A stretch of DNA of 64,000 nt from Eledone cirrhosa (Eukaryota). The notes under the pieces are model-generated. The model had not been told where the DNA came from. It searched no databases and worked only from the letters and a program-made list of their open reading frames with translations. The position numbers and the translations under genes were made by a program. The stretch covers positions 105,338,001 to 105,402,000 of the forward strand of contig OZ024740.1 of the NCBI GenBank assembly GCA_964016885.1, in the 5' to 3' direction. Position 1 is the first letter of the stretch, and every line of letters begins with the position of its first letter. Shown piece by piece: positions 1 through 11,196 of the stretch.

Positions 1-299
1 CTGTTCGACTAAACACGAACAAGAGCAAATCGAATCCAATATTTTACTAGTATAAGAGCATTTTCAATCCGATTTCCTGTTCGGAAACCAATTTCTCCGC
101 CCATTATTAAAGGAAAACAATACACAGTGTAGTGAAAGGGACAAGTTCAGGCTATTTCAACAGTTTTCTCAGCTTCATTAGACGCTGATGCTTTCAAGAC
201 GTTTTGAACACAAAAATCAAATTCATGTAATTTAGTTGAAGCATGAAACAAAGGCATTGTTACTCTGTACAATTCATAATTCTATTCTTTACTGCTTTA

Positions 300-870
300 A
301 TGATGGTGGAACGGCAGAATGTTTCGAGTGTCGGACGAAATGCCTTGCGATATATGTACCGGTCCTTTACGTTCTGAGTTCAAATCGTGCCAAGGTCAAC
401 TTTACCTTTCGTCTTTCCTTAGTTGATAAAGTAACAAATAAGTTGATTTAATCGACTTTGCCCTCCCCCAAATTTGCTGGTTTTGTACCTAAATTAGACA
501 CCATTATTATGAATAAAGTAATCAATACCATAATTAAGGTAGGGCGGTGGATTGGTGGAATCGTTAGAGGGTCGGACAAACATCTTTATAGCATTTAATT
601 CCACCGAAGTCAGCTTTGCTTTTCAGCCTTCCGGGGTCGATTTAATCGATGTCCTCTACCCCCAAATTATTGGCCCTGTGCTTATGTTAGAAACAATTAT
701 GAATAAAGTATAAAACAACTTCTCTTCCATGTTATTTAGTTATTTATTGTTTTCCAGCTATGTTAGAAGTTTACGTTCTGAGTTCAAATCCCATTGGAGT
801 CAAGTTAATCGACAACCCCCTCATAGCCCTACGGTATTTCTGGTTTTGTGCCCAATCTTAGAAAATTATT
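300..870 (+). mobile_element. Cluster of tRNA-derived SINE copies (major octopus-type SINE)
   Basis: Repeated A-box/B-box-like head (ggcagaatgtttcgag / gagttcaaat) and body gtcaactttgcctttca...ggggtcgat...agaaacaattatt, recurring through the window. Confidence 0.8.
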
Positions 871-1708
871 TATCTGTTAATGATTGACATATGCTGCTGG
901 TATTGAACATGTTTGGTTGTTCGTGAAAAGGAGCGAACTTCTAAAGCAACAACTCCCAATCTGGGGTCTACAAAGATGGCATTGGGAGTTTGAACTAAAT
1001 GAAGCATTTCACGTACTTTGTTAAAAAGCTCATACACTATTAGGTGTCCCTTCTCGTCTATGTATGAACAATTCTTTCTTAATAGCTATTCTCGTTGTAT
1101 AACAAATTGGGAAGGGTGTAACTATAGTGGAAGGATAAAGGCGGGAGGGGGTGCGTGATCCACTTAAATAAAAGAGTTCGCTGGCAATTAAAAGGTTTGG
1201 CGACCACTGTTATAGAAGTTCTATAAAACCTGTATTTTCCAGGTCCCATGGATACTGGATTAAGAAGGCCATTCTTTTATGAAACGGGAAGAATAAAAAA
1301 TACCAACCCCACTAAGATTTCAACACAGAACTAAAAGCAACGAAGTTTCAAATATTTTCTGCCAATTCGCCCCAACTAAATTAATTTTTCACTTTACAAA
1401 CTAATGAGGGAACCTCTACACCAGGAACCTCCAAGCCTCAGCCATGTACAAAAATAAATAAGTAAATAAATGAATGAATAAACAATATAAGAAAGACTAA
1501 TATATAAATCAGAAACCTGTATAAACAAGTATTTTATTCTGTTATATATATATATATATATATGGGAAATGAAATTTCGTTTCATTTTTTCCGTTTATCG
1601 TTTTCGGTGCACCCGGCCGATTAACCCACTCGATATGCAAATTGGGCTACTCAGCCGTTAATATGCATAAGGTAAGTATATGCGTTCAACAATCTGGCAG
1701 GAAGGTAT

Positions 1709-1751
1709 ACGTTGCTGACGATAGCTAATAAGCTTGAAACTAGTACAGCGT
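1709..1751 (+). ncRNA. Minimal type I hammerhead ribozyme motif in a Penelope pLTR-like fragment
   Basis: ACGTTG-CTGACGA-tAGCTaataAGCTt-GAAAC-ta-GTA-CAGCGT: stem I, core boxes, stem II, short palindromic stem III and a GUA triplet. The stem II closing pair is U-U. Confidence 0.65.
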
Positions 1752-2013
1752 TCCTTTGTCAGTGTTGAACAAACGAGCAACGATGGTTGCTAGACACTAC
1801 GGCTTAAACACACCGAGCATTATAATAAATGTTCGGTGAATCCATACGTACATATATATATGTGTGCATGTATATATATATGTATATATATATATATATA
1901 TATATACATACTACTGTACGTCTGTATACATATATGTATGTACGTGTACATACTTATATTTAAGTAACAGCCGTACTAAGAGTGGGAAATGAAATTTCGT
2001 TTAATTTTTTCCG

Positions 2014-2049
<36 letters not shown>

Positions 2050-3089
2050 TAATTTCTTATACAAATGTCAGGCTGTGGCTTAACAGCTCAATCAACACCC
2101 TAGCTAATCTCATCGATCTCTGGAGGGTTAATATCGACCAGTTTGGTGACACTTTCTCTACACGGTCACACGACATACTAGAAACTATCAACCCCTAAAT
2201 CACTACCAACAGTCTTTTTTTCTTTAAAAAAAAAAAAAAAAAAAAAAAAAGGAAAAAGAAGCTTTGGACCATGACATGCCTGACTTACAATCCCCCCCCC
2301 CCAAAAAAAAACCCCGTGATGGCTATAGCTTGGACACTTGACCAGGGGACTGCTCCATTAAAACTAACCTGAGACTAATCAACAACAATCTCATTTAGGT
2401 ACCAGACCGCAAAATCGCTGAACCGGTATACAACTCGTATTCAATCCCATCGGCCAGGTGTTAACGTAGTGGTGATGGTGGTGTCATCAGAACATTTTGG
2501 GCGGCTTCTCTTTCGCAAGGAATCTATTTCAAGACATTTATAAGCTATTTTCTGAATCTGAGGGTTACCATTGAAAAATAGGAGTGGAATGAGAGTTGCA
2601 GTGCCATCCATTGTCCCCACCCCACTAATGACGAGCCTACCTTTAAGCTTTTATCGAAAGTGACATTAAGGCAAAGCCATTTAGCTTCAATTAGGCAACG
2701 AAAATGAAGAAATTAACTAGTCTCACAAAAAAAAAAAAAAAAAAATACTATCACCTCCATCCCAATCAACGGTTCTCACCACAACTATTGTCTAATATCT
2801 TACGTTGCATGCAAACACGTTTTATCTGAATAAAACGGACAACTATATACCTATGGTATAAGGTATCTTATTCCATATGCTTTGTAGACATGGCGCTACA
2901 GTTTCTTTAAAGTCAGAGTATGTCCCATAAAACTGTCAGTTCTTTGAATGTAAACCACGTTTAAATGCTGCCTTACTCGTGGAACAGCTTGTAGATAATC
3001 GGCTATAGCTTATAGTAATAGAATATATATATAAGAGAGAAAACCAAATTTCAAAGATATATCAGGATAGAACCAGTTTAAAACTAGTT

Positions 3090-3258
3090 AGACCATTACT
3101 CAGAGTTCTCGATACTTGAGGTAGTAGAGTGTGGGTATATTATAAAGAGTCGGGACCCGACGGTTGAGCTCTTGCCGTTTCAACAGCTAGTTCCGGACTG
3201 TTTAAGTCCTGAAGTTGAAACGGCAGGAGCTGAGCTGTCGGGTTCAGACTCTTTATAA
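3090..3258. mobile_element. Fold-back (inverted) Penelope pLTR-like fragment between (TA)n runs
   Basis: Inverted repeat 3140-3258. Related to 7690-7852. Carries the 3' half of a hammerhead (GAAACGGC...GTCGGG). Confidence 0.55.
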
Positions 3259-4223
3259 ATATATATATATAAAGTCAGAGGACAGAGTGTCCACACACAC
3301 ACATTCGTAGTTAGAATTCGAGTTTATATTATTTAAAAAAAAAAAAAAAAATTTTTGGTGGGTGTGATGGGAAAAGAAAATAGGATGTTGTGGCTAGATT
3401 ATTTTCCCAGCAAGTATATAAAACACGCGTCAATGTATAAAGCAAAAATGTGCTTTCAATGTGGAAGCGAAATCGGTTCATGGTTTAAGTGATAGTAAGG
3501 AGAGGGGGTGGCAGAAGCAAATATCAGCTAACAACGCCCGACAAAGATGCAAGCATGCACGCACGTATGTGCACGACTCTGCGTGCATGCAAGCACGCAT
3601 GACCAGTGTATTTGAAATTTGCAGCAACTCATTATCACACTTGTTATGTCTAACGGTATTTTTGTCCAAGATTCTTCATACACCGATACACTGCCCCACC
3701 CCCCCAAGCACACACCAGACAGACACACACGTAAATATTATGCATGCACAAATGTGCATAAATATCCTTAAATGCAACACGCACTATATATATATATATT
3801 CAAATGTACCATACATGCTCGCCCACACAGAAATGGGCATGCAGACAAGACACGCGCACACGAAAACTCACAAAATGTTCACACGCACGTAAACTACTAG
3901 TATGCAAACAAGCACGCACATATTTTTATGATAGATCTATGCACATTTGCCGAATGCATGTACACACACATGTATGCACATAATTACACACACACACATT
4001 TATGCGCTATGTACGTACATGTATAAATTATACGCAGGCACACTATGTTCACACATTTTTGCAATTTGTATGCACATACACAAATATGCATACACGCATT
4101 TTCACAATATATACATAGTTACAGAAAATATAAAACCCATTCACACATACATAATAGTTATACATAGGTTAACAAACCATAACGTACATCTCTAGCACAC
4201 ACACACACACACACATATATATA

Positions 4224-4324
4224 CAGGGTGTCCCCAAAAAATGCATACATACTTTGATTACCTATACAGGCAATATTTATTAGAATGCTATTGACGTGTG
4301 TATATATATTTTTGGGACACCGTG
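4224..4324. mobile_element. Tc1/mariner-type MITE
   Basis: TA|CAGGGTGTCCCCAAAAAATG ... ATTTTTGGGACACCGTG imperfect terminal inverted repeats. Confidence 0.65.
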
Positions 4325-4423
4325 TGGGTGTGTGTGTGTGTGTGCGTGTATACAAAGGCGGAATCATAGCTATATAATAAATTAATGCATATATGAATAA
4401 ATAAAGGAATTTTCTTTGCTTAC

Positions 4424-4661
4424 CTTCCGGTGGAAAGTCATCTTCGCCGCTATCCTCAGTGACAGAGGACTGCTTCGGCAACCCAGTCTGCCATTCATCT
4501 TTCCGTCTTCCAGAAGAGGACACAGAAGATTGCCCAACTCTGTTAAGTTTGGCAAAATAGTCTGCTGCATACTGGATAAGGTTGAATGGCCGGTCTCTGA
4601 GTACAGACACGGTAAAACCCTGTAGAAGTTCTGTTAATCCGGGTGGAATCTCAAAGCTCAT
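4424..4661 (-). CDS. PRKAR2: First coding exon of cAMP-dependent protein kinase type II regulatory subunit (RIIa dimerization/docking domain plus linker)
   Basis: Translation [39 protein letters not shown] closely matches the N-terminus of animal PKA-RII as recalled ([22 protein letters not shown]), followed by an acidic linker (EDSGEDDFPPE). The frame meets a consensus donor G|GTAAGC at 4424/4423 after 79 codons + 1 nt (phase 1). A polypyrimidine tract and candidate acceptor AAG lie just upstream of the ATG (exon start ~4672). Downstream exons are not recognisable in the window. Confidence 0.92.
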
Positions 4662-6039
4662 TGCTTCAGATACTTAAGACACAGAGAGAAAGAGGGAGGG
4701 ATAGATACAGAGAGACAGGTACACCACAGACTAACAAGGTGGGGGAGAAATATATGTATATGTTTTTGTGTAAAAATAGTAGAGGTAATAAAAAAATAAA
4801 TTTCTTGTTGTTGTGTGTATTTGTGTTATGTTATAAAGAAATTTAGTTTGGAGTTTCGTTTTATAATTTTAAACTGAAAATTGTATTATATATATATATA
4901 TATATATATAAAATAACACAAACTGCGATACAATGAAAATGTCACTAATTACAATTCACACCATTACACCCACTTGAAAGAAAAAAAAAGTTACGAAGTT
5001 CCTTGACGAGAAAGTTAGGTTCTTATGATTAACCAAATTTGTGTTTGAGGATATAAAGACAAATATTTATATATACTTATAGAGATAGATTTTTTTAAAA
5101 GTAAAGTATTATAGTTCTAGTAAAACTAAATGAAGAAGAAATAAAAATAAAATGTGCTAAACAAAAATAAATTAAATTAGGATAAAAACATGTTATTGAA
5201 AGATTTGATAAGGCAAGAAGTATGAGGGAGTATGAAGCAATAAATAGTTCCTGAAAGTAAAACCAAGGAACTGAGAGTGAGAGAGAGAAAGTGGGAGAGA
5301 GAAAGGAAAAGAGGGAGAGAGAGAAAGAGATTAAGGTAACCGAAATATTTGGAGAATACCTTCAAAATAATATATTTCACTATAGAATTCTAACATATAC
5401 AGTATGTTATGTTATGTATATATATATTAGATACATTGAAAGATATGTAAGGATGTTGGATATTACAAGAATGTGTATATATCAATAAAGATATGTAAGG
5501 TGTTGAATATTGAAAGAATGTGTGTATGTGTGTATGAATGTAAAACAAAACAAAAAACAAACGCTTCAATATTATCCGACTGTTAATATGTAAACACGGA
5601 CATATACAAATATTATATGTCTGTGTTACTTTTTCAAAATACTTCTAGCTTTTTTTTTTCTTCGTCGATATTTTACTGTCTTTTGACAGCGATATTTTTT
5701 ATATATACGTACATGTATGTATGTATATAATGTGTGTGTGTATATCAATATCTCCACTTCTCACCTATTTATTTTTATGTTGTTCCTTAGGCTTTCTTTT
5801 TTCTTCGCATTCGCACATTCTCTCTATCTCAACCGTTCTCTCTCTCCCTCCCTTTTCACTTTTTTTTAATTTAAATCCAAAACTTCCAGCGTCAGAAATT
5901 ATAATAACAACAACAATGATGTCGATGGTGGTGATGATGATGATAATAAGGGGAAGCACGATGAAGATAATGAGCTATCCATTTACATGCAAGTCACAAT
6001 GAAATAGTGCCATGGAGAGAGAGAGAGACCTTGTCAGAG

Positions 6040-6200
6040 GCAGAGACACGCGACAACTGAATTATAAAGTCTCTCTTCTTTCTTCCTTCTTTTCTTTCCT
6101 TCCGCGTCTTACGGCTGCTGTTGCTGCTACCGTCGTCGTCACGCCGCCACCTGCTTCTTCTACCTGTCTTTATCTGTCTGTTACTCTCCTCTCTCTCACC
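6040..6200 (-). promoter_or_regulatory. Candidate 5'-UTR exon/promoter region of the PKA-RII gene
   Basis: Non-TE, locally CpG-rich patch (ccgcgtcttacggctgctgttgctgctaccgtcgtcgtcacgccgcc) with a minus-strand donor-like CC|GTAAGA at ~6112. An alternative donor AG|GTGAGA lies at ~5764. The acceptor upstream of the ATG implies a non-coding exon exists, but its position is inferred only. Confidence 0.3.
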
Positions 6201-6328
6201 TCACATTCTGTTACATTTGTTTAGTTATTATCTCTCTCTTTTTCTTTCTCTCTCCTTCTCTTTCTCTCTCCTACTATAATATTTTATTAGTCGGTTTCTA
6301 TCTCTCCTGTTTGTCTGTCTCTCTCTCT

Positions 6329-6399
<71 letters not shown>

Positions 6400-6464
6400 C
6401 AGAGTTATTAATATTAAAATACAAATATTAATAAAATAGATCTTCTTTTTATCAATTACATTTT

Positions 6465-6512
6465 ATTATACATATTTCGGATGTACAACAGTACGTCCTC
6501 ATCAGACAAAAT
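6465..6512 (-). ncRNA. Hammerhead ribozyme core motif (Penelope-associated)
   Basis: Minus strand reads CTGATGA-GGACGTAC-tgtt-GTACATCC-GAAAT-at-GTA. Stem I is weak. It lies in a short insert between (TA)n tracts. Confidence 0.55.
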
Positions 6513-7227
6513 ATAATGATACATGACATACCCTGAGATGTTAAATGGTTAAGATTTAATCAAGGTAGTATTTGTATTTTAATATATATATATATATATG
6601 TGTGTGTGTGTAAGAGACTACTTTGAGTTTCTAACTCAATATATACTTTTGATATATATATATAGATAAAGATAAAGATAAATAGATAAAGTGAGAGATA
6701 TATCTTTATATATCTTACTTCATGTTATTGTTGTTTAGTTATTCTCCTTATACTTTCTCTCTTTCTCAACTTTCCATTACATAAGCTGTTTTTTCTCTGC
6801 ATCTCATTTCTATTACACTTGTTTAGCCTCTATCTGTCCCCCCCCCCCTCACTATTTCTTCTGCTCTCTATTTTCTATTACTCTTGATTAGTCTGTCTCC
6901 CTCTATTATCTATTACGCTCATTTCTTCTGTCTATCTGTCTGCCTCGATATTGTAACACATGTTGACCCGCTCTCTTTGTCTTTCTTTCTCTATTGCAGT
7001 CACTTCAGTTATTTTTTCTCTGTGTTTTCTCATTAGTCTATGTATTTACCCACTCCCTTAATTACTATCATTTTCCTTTTAATTTATATCTATTATTGAA
7101 AATAGCAACACCGAAAAACAAACTATCACATCTTATCTTAGACCTTTTTCTTTTTTCTTTCTTTCTATCTGTTTTTTAATGAATCTCCATCTTTCTGCGC
7201 GCACGTACATCTACCAATATCTTTCCT

Positions 7228-7496
7228 TTGGCACACACACACAACCACATCCATGACACACCTGTACCCTCCACTTTGACACGTCTACCCCCCCCCCCTA
7301 CATATCTTTCTCCTCCAAACCATCTTTTCTTAACCTTCACACATCACTTATACCTCTACCTGTTCTCCCCTTACAAACACTTTCCTGAAGAAGGACGTCT
7401 GTCCGAAACATTGAATCCACCTCTACTTCCTCCAAGGTGTGAACCTAATATAACTGTGTACTTTTGCATTCATTCCTGTTTGTTTTGTTACATTAT

Positions 7497-7500
<4 letters not shown>
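7228..7500 (+). mobile_element. Penelope pLTR fragment with hammerhead core
   Basis: CTGAAGA-AGGAC-gtct-GTCC-GAAAC at 7385-7409. Downstream aacctaatata is shared with 47990-48230 and 49255-49497. Ends in (TA)n. Confidence 0.55.
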
Positions 7501-7559
<59 letters not shown>

Positions 7560-7664
7560 ATATATATGTTGTTATACTTTGGGAGGGCCATGCTGCAAAA
7601 CAAATTCGTTGACTTAATATCAGCGATCTTCGTTAATTTTATTATATATATGTATATATATAAC

Positions 7665-7852
7665 GAAGGAGGTGTGGTAAGGAACCAGATGGACCATAAC
7701 GCACCAGAGTACTCAATACTTAGGGTAGTAGAGTGGGTAATAGGGAAACTGTTTGACCCCGACGACAGAGCTCAAACCGTTTCGACGGCTATTTCAGTCC
7801 AGAAATAGCCGTCGAAACGGCTTGAGCTCGGCCGTCGGGGTTAAACAGTTTC
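7665..7852. mobile_element. Fold-back pLTR-like fragment (family of 3090-3258)
   Basis: Inverted repeat 7745-7852 with centre tcagtccaga. Each arm has GAAACGG...GTCGGGG (hammerhead stem III, GUC and the 3' strand of stem I). Confidence 0.55.
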
Positions 7853-7884
7853 ATATATATATATACATATATATATATATTATA

Positions 7885-8060
7885 CGAGGTTCGGCCGAAA
7901 AGTTAATAGGCTGACTATGAAAAAGTGAAGCTGGAGTTGTGAAGTCTTGTACGTATTAATTTCAACTCATTTTATTAATAACTGCATTGTTTCTTTCTAG
8001 GGACTATGTTGAAAAATAAACCTAATTTGGTTATTCCATGAAAGTATCTTGGTCAGACAT
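7885..8060. mobile_element. Mariner-type MITE, right end truncated
   Basis: TA|CGAGGTTCGGCCGAAAAGTT start. Homologous to the complete copy at 32797-32989. Confidence 0.7.
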
Positions 8061-8502
8061 AAAGGCAAAGAATAATTCAAAGCCCAAATGTGATTTTATA
8101 GTCCACAGCAAGATAGGTAAAAGTCAGTTCAGGGTTTAATCCAATCGGTAAATTTCCAATCACAGTAGGATTATACCATAGAGCAATATATATAAAAAAA
8201 TGAATGAAAACAACCAGGATTAAATTATATTAAATTATCTAATTGATTTACGAACATTTCTATCAATACAGTAAGAAAATACATTTGCTCTGTATTGATA
8301 ACATAATTATTTACCAGCCACATGCCCGAACATCTCCATTTTGAAAACAAACAAATTTAATATACAATGGGGAAAACGTTAACACTTTATGGAAGACTAA
8401 ACAGGCAATTAAAGTTTATTAATAACAAAACACCGGCAGTGATTAAATATTACTTTGCTTGACTTATGCACGTATACTACAAACTAAAATAATTGTTTCT
8501 AC

Positions 8503-11196
8503 TTTAGCAGTATTGGTTATAGAGTAGTCGCCACTTTAGCAGGGTGGTAGAATCAGTGGTCGTTACTTTAACAGGGTAGATGATTGAAGGTCGTTAGTTG
8601 CCAGTGTGGTAAGTGATAGTATCCTCGTTGGATTATCTTGTTGACATAGACGTGAGGGAAGGTCCCTCGATCTATTTACCATCTATTTACAATATTCCTT
8701 TCGTCAGGTCGCCAATTCCAGCAGCATGGATTATAGATGTTATTGAGACACGAGTAACATAACAATGATTTCAACAGCAGTAATTAGAGATGAAATGTAT
8801 GTTTATTTATATGGTTGAAGTTACAGATAAAAAGAGGTTACACAAGGGAATGTGCCATTGCGCCGTTAAGCCGGCGACGCTAAAGTGCAAATCTCACCGT
8901 TACATTATGCGTGTTGCTGGCTTGAAGTTTCCGGTACAAGAGAGAGATTCTTCAAATCTTCGCGGGGAATTTCTTCCTCAGGGCGCGTAGGGATACATCC
9001 TCTTCTACTGGCGCTGATTGGCTGAACTGAGCCAAATCACGCACAGAGAATGTATGTGAGCCCGCGGAATGTAGGTCACTACATCACCTCCGACCAGATT
9101 TTCAGCCGAAAATCGATAACGAAGAAACCAAGGACCCACATATTATTGAATCAGCAAGAACAAATGCTGAAAGAGCACATCAGTGAAAAAATAATTGAGC
9201 AGAAAGATTCATGCAAGAACAAAAAAAAAATTAGGCGCGACGGGCCGTGTTGAGCCGCTGTCAAATGACTAGCTGTTTTGTAGTTTAAACGAGACCCTCA
9301 AGGGCCTACCAGAAAACAGATAAAGTCTGACATGGGCGAAGTTGCTGTTCTTGCATTAAATGTTAATGGTAAGCGTTGTACCAGTAGCTGTGAGAAAATG
9401 ATGGCCCCCAGATGTATTGTCGAATGTGCTGTGGAGCCAGGAAAAAATGGCTGGTTGCTTTTTGTAAAGAAAAAAAAGGCAAGTTTAATCTGTAGGTGGG
9501 CTGCAGTGTAAATTCCATAATTCGGGCGAATCCACAGAAGTGGCTGAAATATTGACAAGTCCAGTTCAATTTGTTGCTTTCCCAGCGAGTCGGGCAAAAA
9601 CAACAAGACGGATGGCCGTCATGGACGATCAGTGTGCAACGAGATGCGAAGCTGTTTGAGTTCAGCTGCAATTAGTATTCTCGTGTTGTGGTGCCTGTTT
9701 GAATCCAGTGGATTAAGCTCTGTGAGCTGCTAGCATGTGACAGCATCTCAACCAGGTGAAAAGGGACTCGCAGAATATTACGTTTGAAGAACATATACCA
9801 AGAACAACATGTTGGTGTGTGATAAAAAAAATGTATGCATATGCAGGCATGTAAAACAGCAAAGAATGTGAATGAACAAAAACCATGAGCAAACAAATAG
9901 CAAAAGAGCACAAAACAAGTAAATGCATTCTACAAAGAAATATGTGAATGTAACAAACTGATAATTCAAAGTCAATCTAGGGGAGCAGAGAAATTGCTCA
10001 ATAAGTTCAAAGTTTTTCAAAGTCAAATAGTTCACACATCACCAGTGTACAGACACTAGTTCTATCTGAAAACTGAAAAAGAAGTTTGCTAATGCCGTTA
10101 GGGGTTAGATGTATGGTGTTTTTGTGAGATTTCGTGGCCATCTTGTGTGGCATAAGGTTGTGTTGCTTATTGTTAAAGCAAAGTCAAAGTATCTTCTGTA
10201 GAGTAGCGGTCACCAAATATGGCACCCACGTCTGACACCATAATGGTGAGAAAACTACTGTCTCAATTTCTCGCGTCCCTGTGGTAACGAGACAGAAGGT
10301 ATGGTGGTTGCGTCGGTAAAGTTACAAGCCGTTTTGAAATTTCCGATGTGTGGTGGTTTGCGTCGGTAAGGCTATGAAGCTGCCGCTCACTATTCCCTGT
10401 TTTGGTCAGTGGCTAAACAATGTTGTCGCTGCTGCTGCTGTCTTTGTTGATCGTAGACAGGAGTTGTCGGTAGCCATTTTGAAATTTCTTCGTGGCGAAA
10501 AGTTTTTGAAATACTGCTAATTTTTCAAAAATCTTAAAAGGAATATTTTTTTATTTTCGCAAGTTGCGAAAAGGTTGGCAACGTGGCAATAAAAGTTCAA
10601 CTGAATGAAAAAGAAGGGCTGCGTTAAATTCTTACGTCGGTCACCACTTTAGCAGGGTGGTAGAATCAGTGGTCGTTACTTTAACAGGGTAGATGATTGA
10701 AGGTCGTTAGTTGCCAGTGTGGTAAGTGATAGTATCCTCGTTGGATTATCTTGTTGACATAGACGTGAGGGAAGGTCCCTCGATCTATTTACCATCTATT
10801 TACAATATTCCTTTCGTCAGGTCGCCAATTCCAGCAGCATGGATTATAGATGTTATTGAGACACGAGTAACATAACAATGATTTCAACAGCAGTAATTAG
10901 AGATGAAATGTATGTTTATTTATATGGTTGAAGTTACAGATAAAAAGAGGTTACACAAGGGAATGTGCCATTGCGCCGTTAAGCCGGCGACGCTAAAGTG
11001 CAAATCTCACCGTTACATTATGCGTGTTGCTGGCTTGAAGTTTCCGGTATAAGAGAGAGATTCTTCAAATCTTCGCGGGGAATTTCTTCCTCAGGGCGCG
11101 TAGGGATACATCCTCTTCTACTGGCGCTGATTGGCTGAACTGAGCCAAATCACGCACAGAGAATGTATGTGAGCCCGCGGAATGTAGGTCACTACA
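8503..11196 (-). mobile_element. Young non-autonomous Ty3/Gypsy-type LTR retrotransposon
   Basis: Two 549-bp direct repeats (8535-9083, 10648-11196) with a single visible mismatch (8937 C / 11050 T). 4-bp TSD CTAC (8499-8502, 11197-11200) splits a SINE (aattgtttctac|ttttggcacaagg). On the minus strand the LTR starts TGTAGTGACC, a PBS-like TGGTGACCGACGT (resembling a tRNA-Trp PBS) follows the 5' LTR, and purine-rich GGTCGGAGGTGA precedes the 3' LTR. The 1.56-kb internal region has no intact ORF. Confidence 0.9.

Noticed and set aside
4158-4423. C-terminal half of the 167-aa ORF
   Set aside because: Read-through into the intron past the GTAAGC donor. It contains CA repeats and a MITE.
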